This document shows, piece after piece, positions 21,577-22,242 of a stretch of 22,242 nucleotides of DNA. The position numbers and the translations under genes were made by a program. Every line of letters begins with the position of its first letter. The first letter of the stretch is position 1. Location of the stretch: assembly GCA_024626585.2 (NCBI GenBank), contig JANKJI020000004.1:180539704-180561945 (forward strand), given 5' to 3'. Source of the DNA: Ginkgo biloba. Taxonomy: Eukaryota > Plantae > Ginkgophyta. The notes below the pieces were generated by a model. It searched no databases and was not told where the DNA came from. It saw nothing but the letters and a program-made list of their open reading frames with translations.

Positions 21577-22242
21577 GTTGATATTTGTTACAACCCAAAA
21601 AAGTAGGTTGCTTTGTTAAATGTAACTAAAGCAAAGCTTTCTTTAGAAGCTAGAACATGTATTCTAGACTTCTTGTTAGACGCTCCTGAAAGGGTCATAA
21701 AGAGATAGAAAGATACAAGAGGTTACCTAGGGAAGTGTGCCAAAGAATGGCGCTTCCTTTTGGAGGGTGGTGGCAGCGACTGAGATAAACCCTAAGGGAC
21801 TCTTAAGGTTTCCAAATTCTCCAAGGTGGTTAAAGCTCTTATATAGGGTTATGTGCCTCTCCTATGTTATAAATATAGAATGATTTTGTCTTAAGGACAT
21901 GGTTGAATCATCTATCTGAAGTTTTAAGGAGGGTGAATCGCTCTGGAAGTAATCTCGCTTGTTTTTTGGCTGATTTATGAACCCTAAGGAAGTCATAATT
22001 TTTGGGTGTTACCTGTTTTCTGCATAAGGGAGATTGGGCGACTTGCATTAAAGGACTTTTTTGTACCTTTCAACTGAGGAATTCACTTTATTGGGGTTAT
22101 AGAAGGAGGACGACCTCATTTGGAGGGTTTACATGTGTTTTTGCAGGTTTAGAAAGCCAAACGACCTCATTGAAGGAAGTCGTTACACTTTCTAAGGCTA
22201 GCGATTGGTTTTTGAACATATAAAGCGCTTTGTTTTGCCTTG
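21577..22242. mobile_element. Probable gypsy-type LTR/non-coding fragment, truncated by the window end
   Basis: TGTTGA start, tataaata box near 21868, tgtgtttttgcagg and a repeated acgacctcatt (22110, 22161), typical of LTR texture. No ORF support. Confidence 0.35.

Overview
AT-rich eukaryotic DNA from a gappy draft assembly (11 N-runs, five of exactly 100 bp). The repeat families suggest a large plant genome, probably a gymnosperm (inference). I find no intact protein-coding gene, RNA gene or CRISPR array. The window is a mosaic of old, stop- and frameshift-riddled transposon relics. These are a chromovirus Ty3/gypsy integrase-chromodomain (6480-7524), a non-chromovirus (Tat/Athila-type) integrase C-terminus (17951-18346), a Ty1/copia LTR-PBS-gag-protease relic (7625-8900), two families of Gypsy 'accessory' ORF relics each present twice, and several RTE/RTE-X LINE fragments (about 14900-15470, 19002-19292, 19500-21480). 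There are also several short tandem repeats and a motif-rich putative DNA-transposon segment (12716-14110). From about 14100 onward CAG/CTG trinucleotides look better preserved than in the left half, which hints at an intronic or less CHG-methylated context. I could not support a new biological system. The best leads are the poorly characterised accessory ORFs and the palindrome array. All protein assignments come from manual translation and motif recognition, not database searches.
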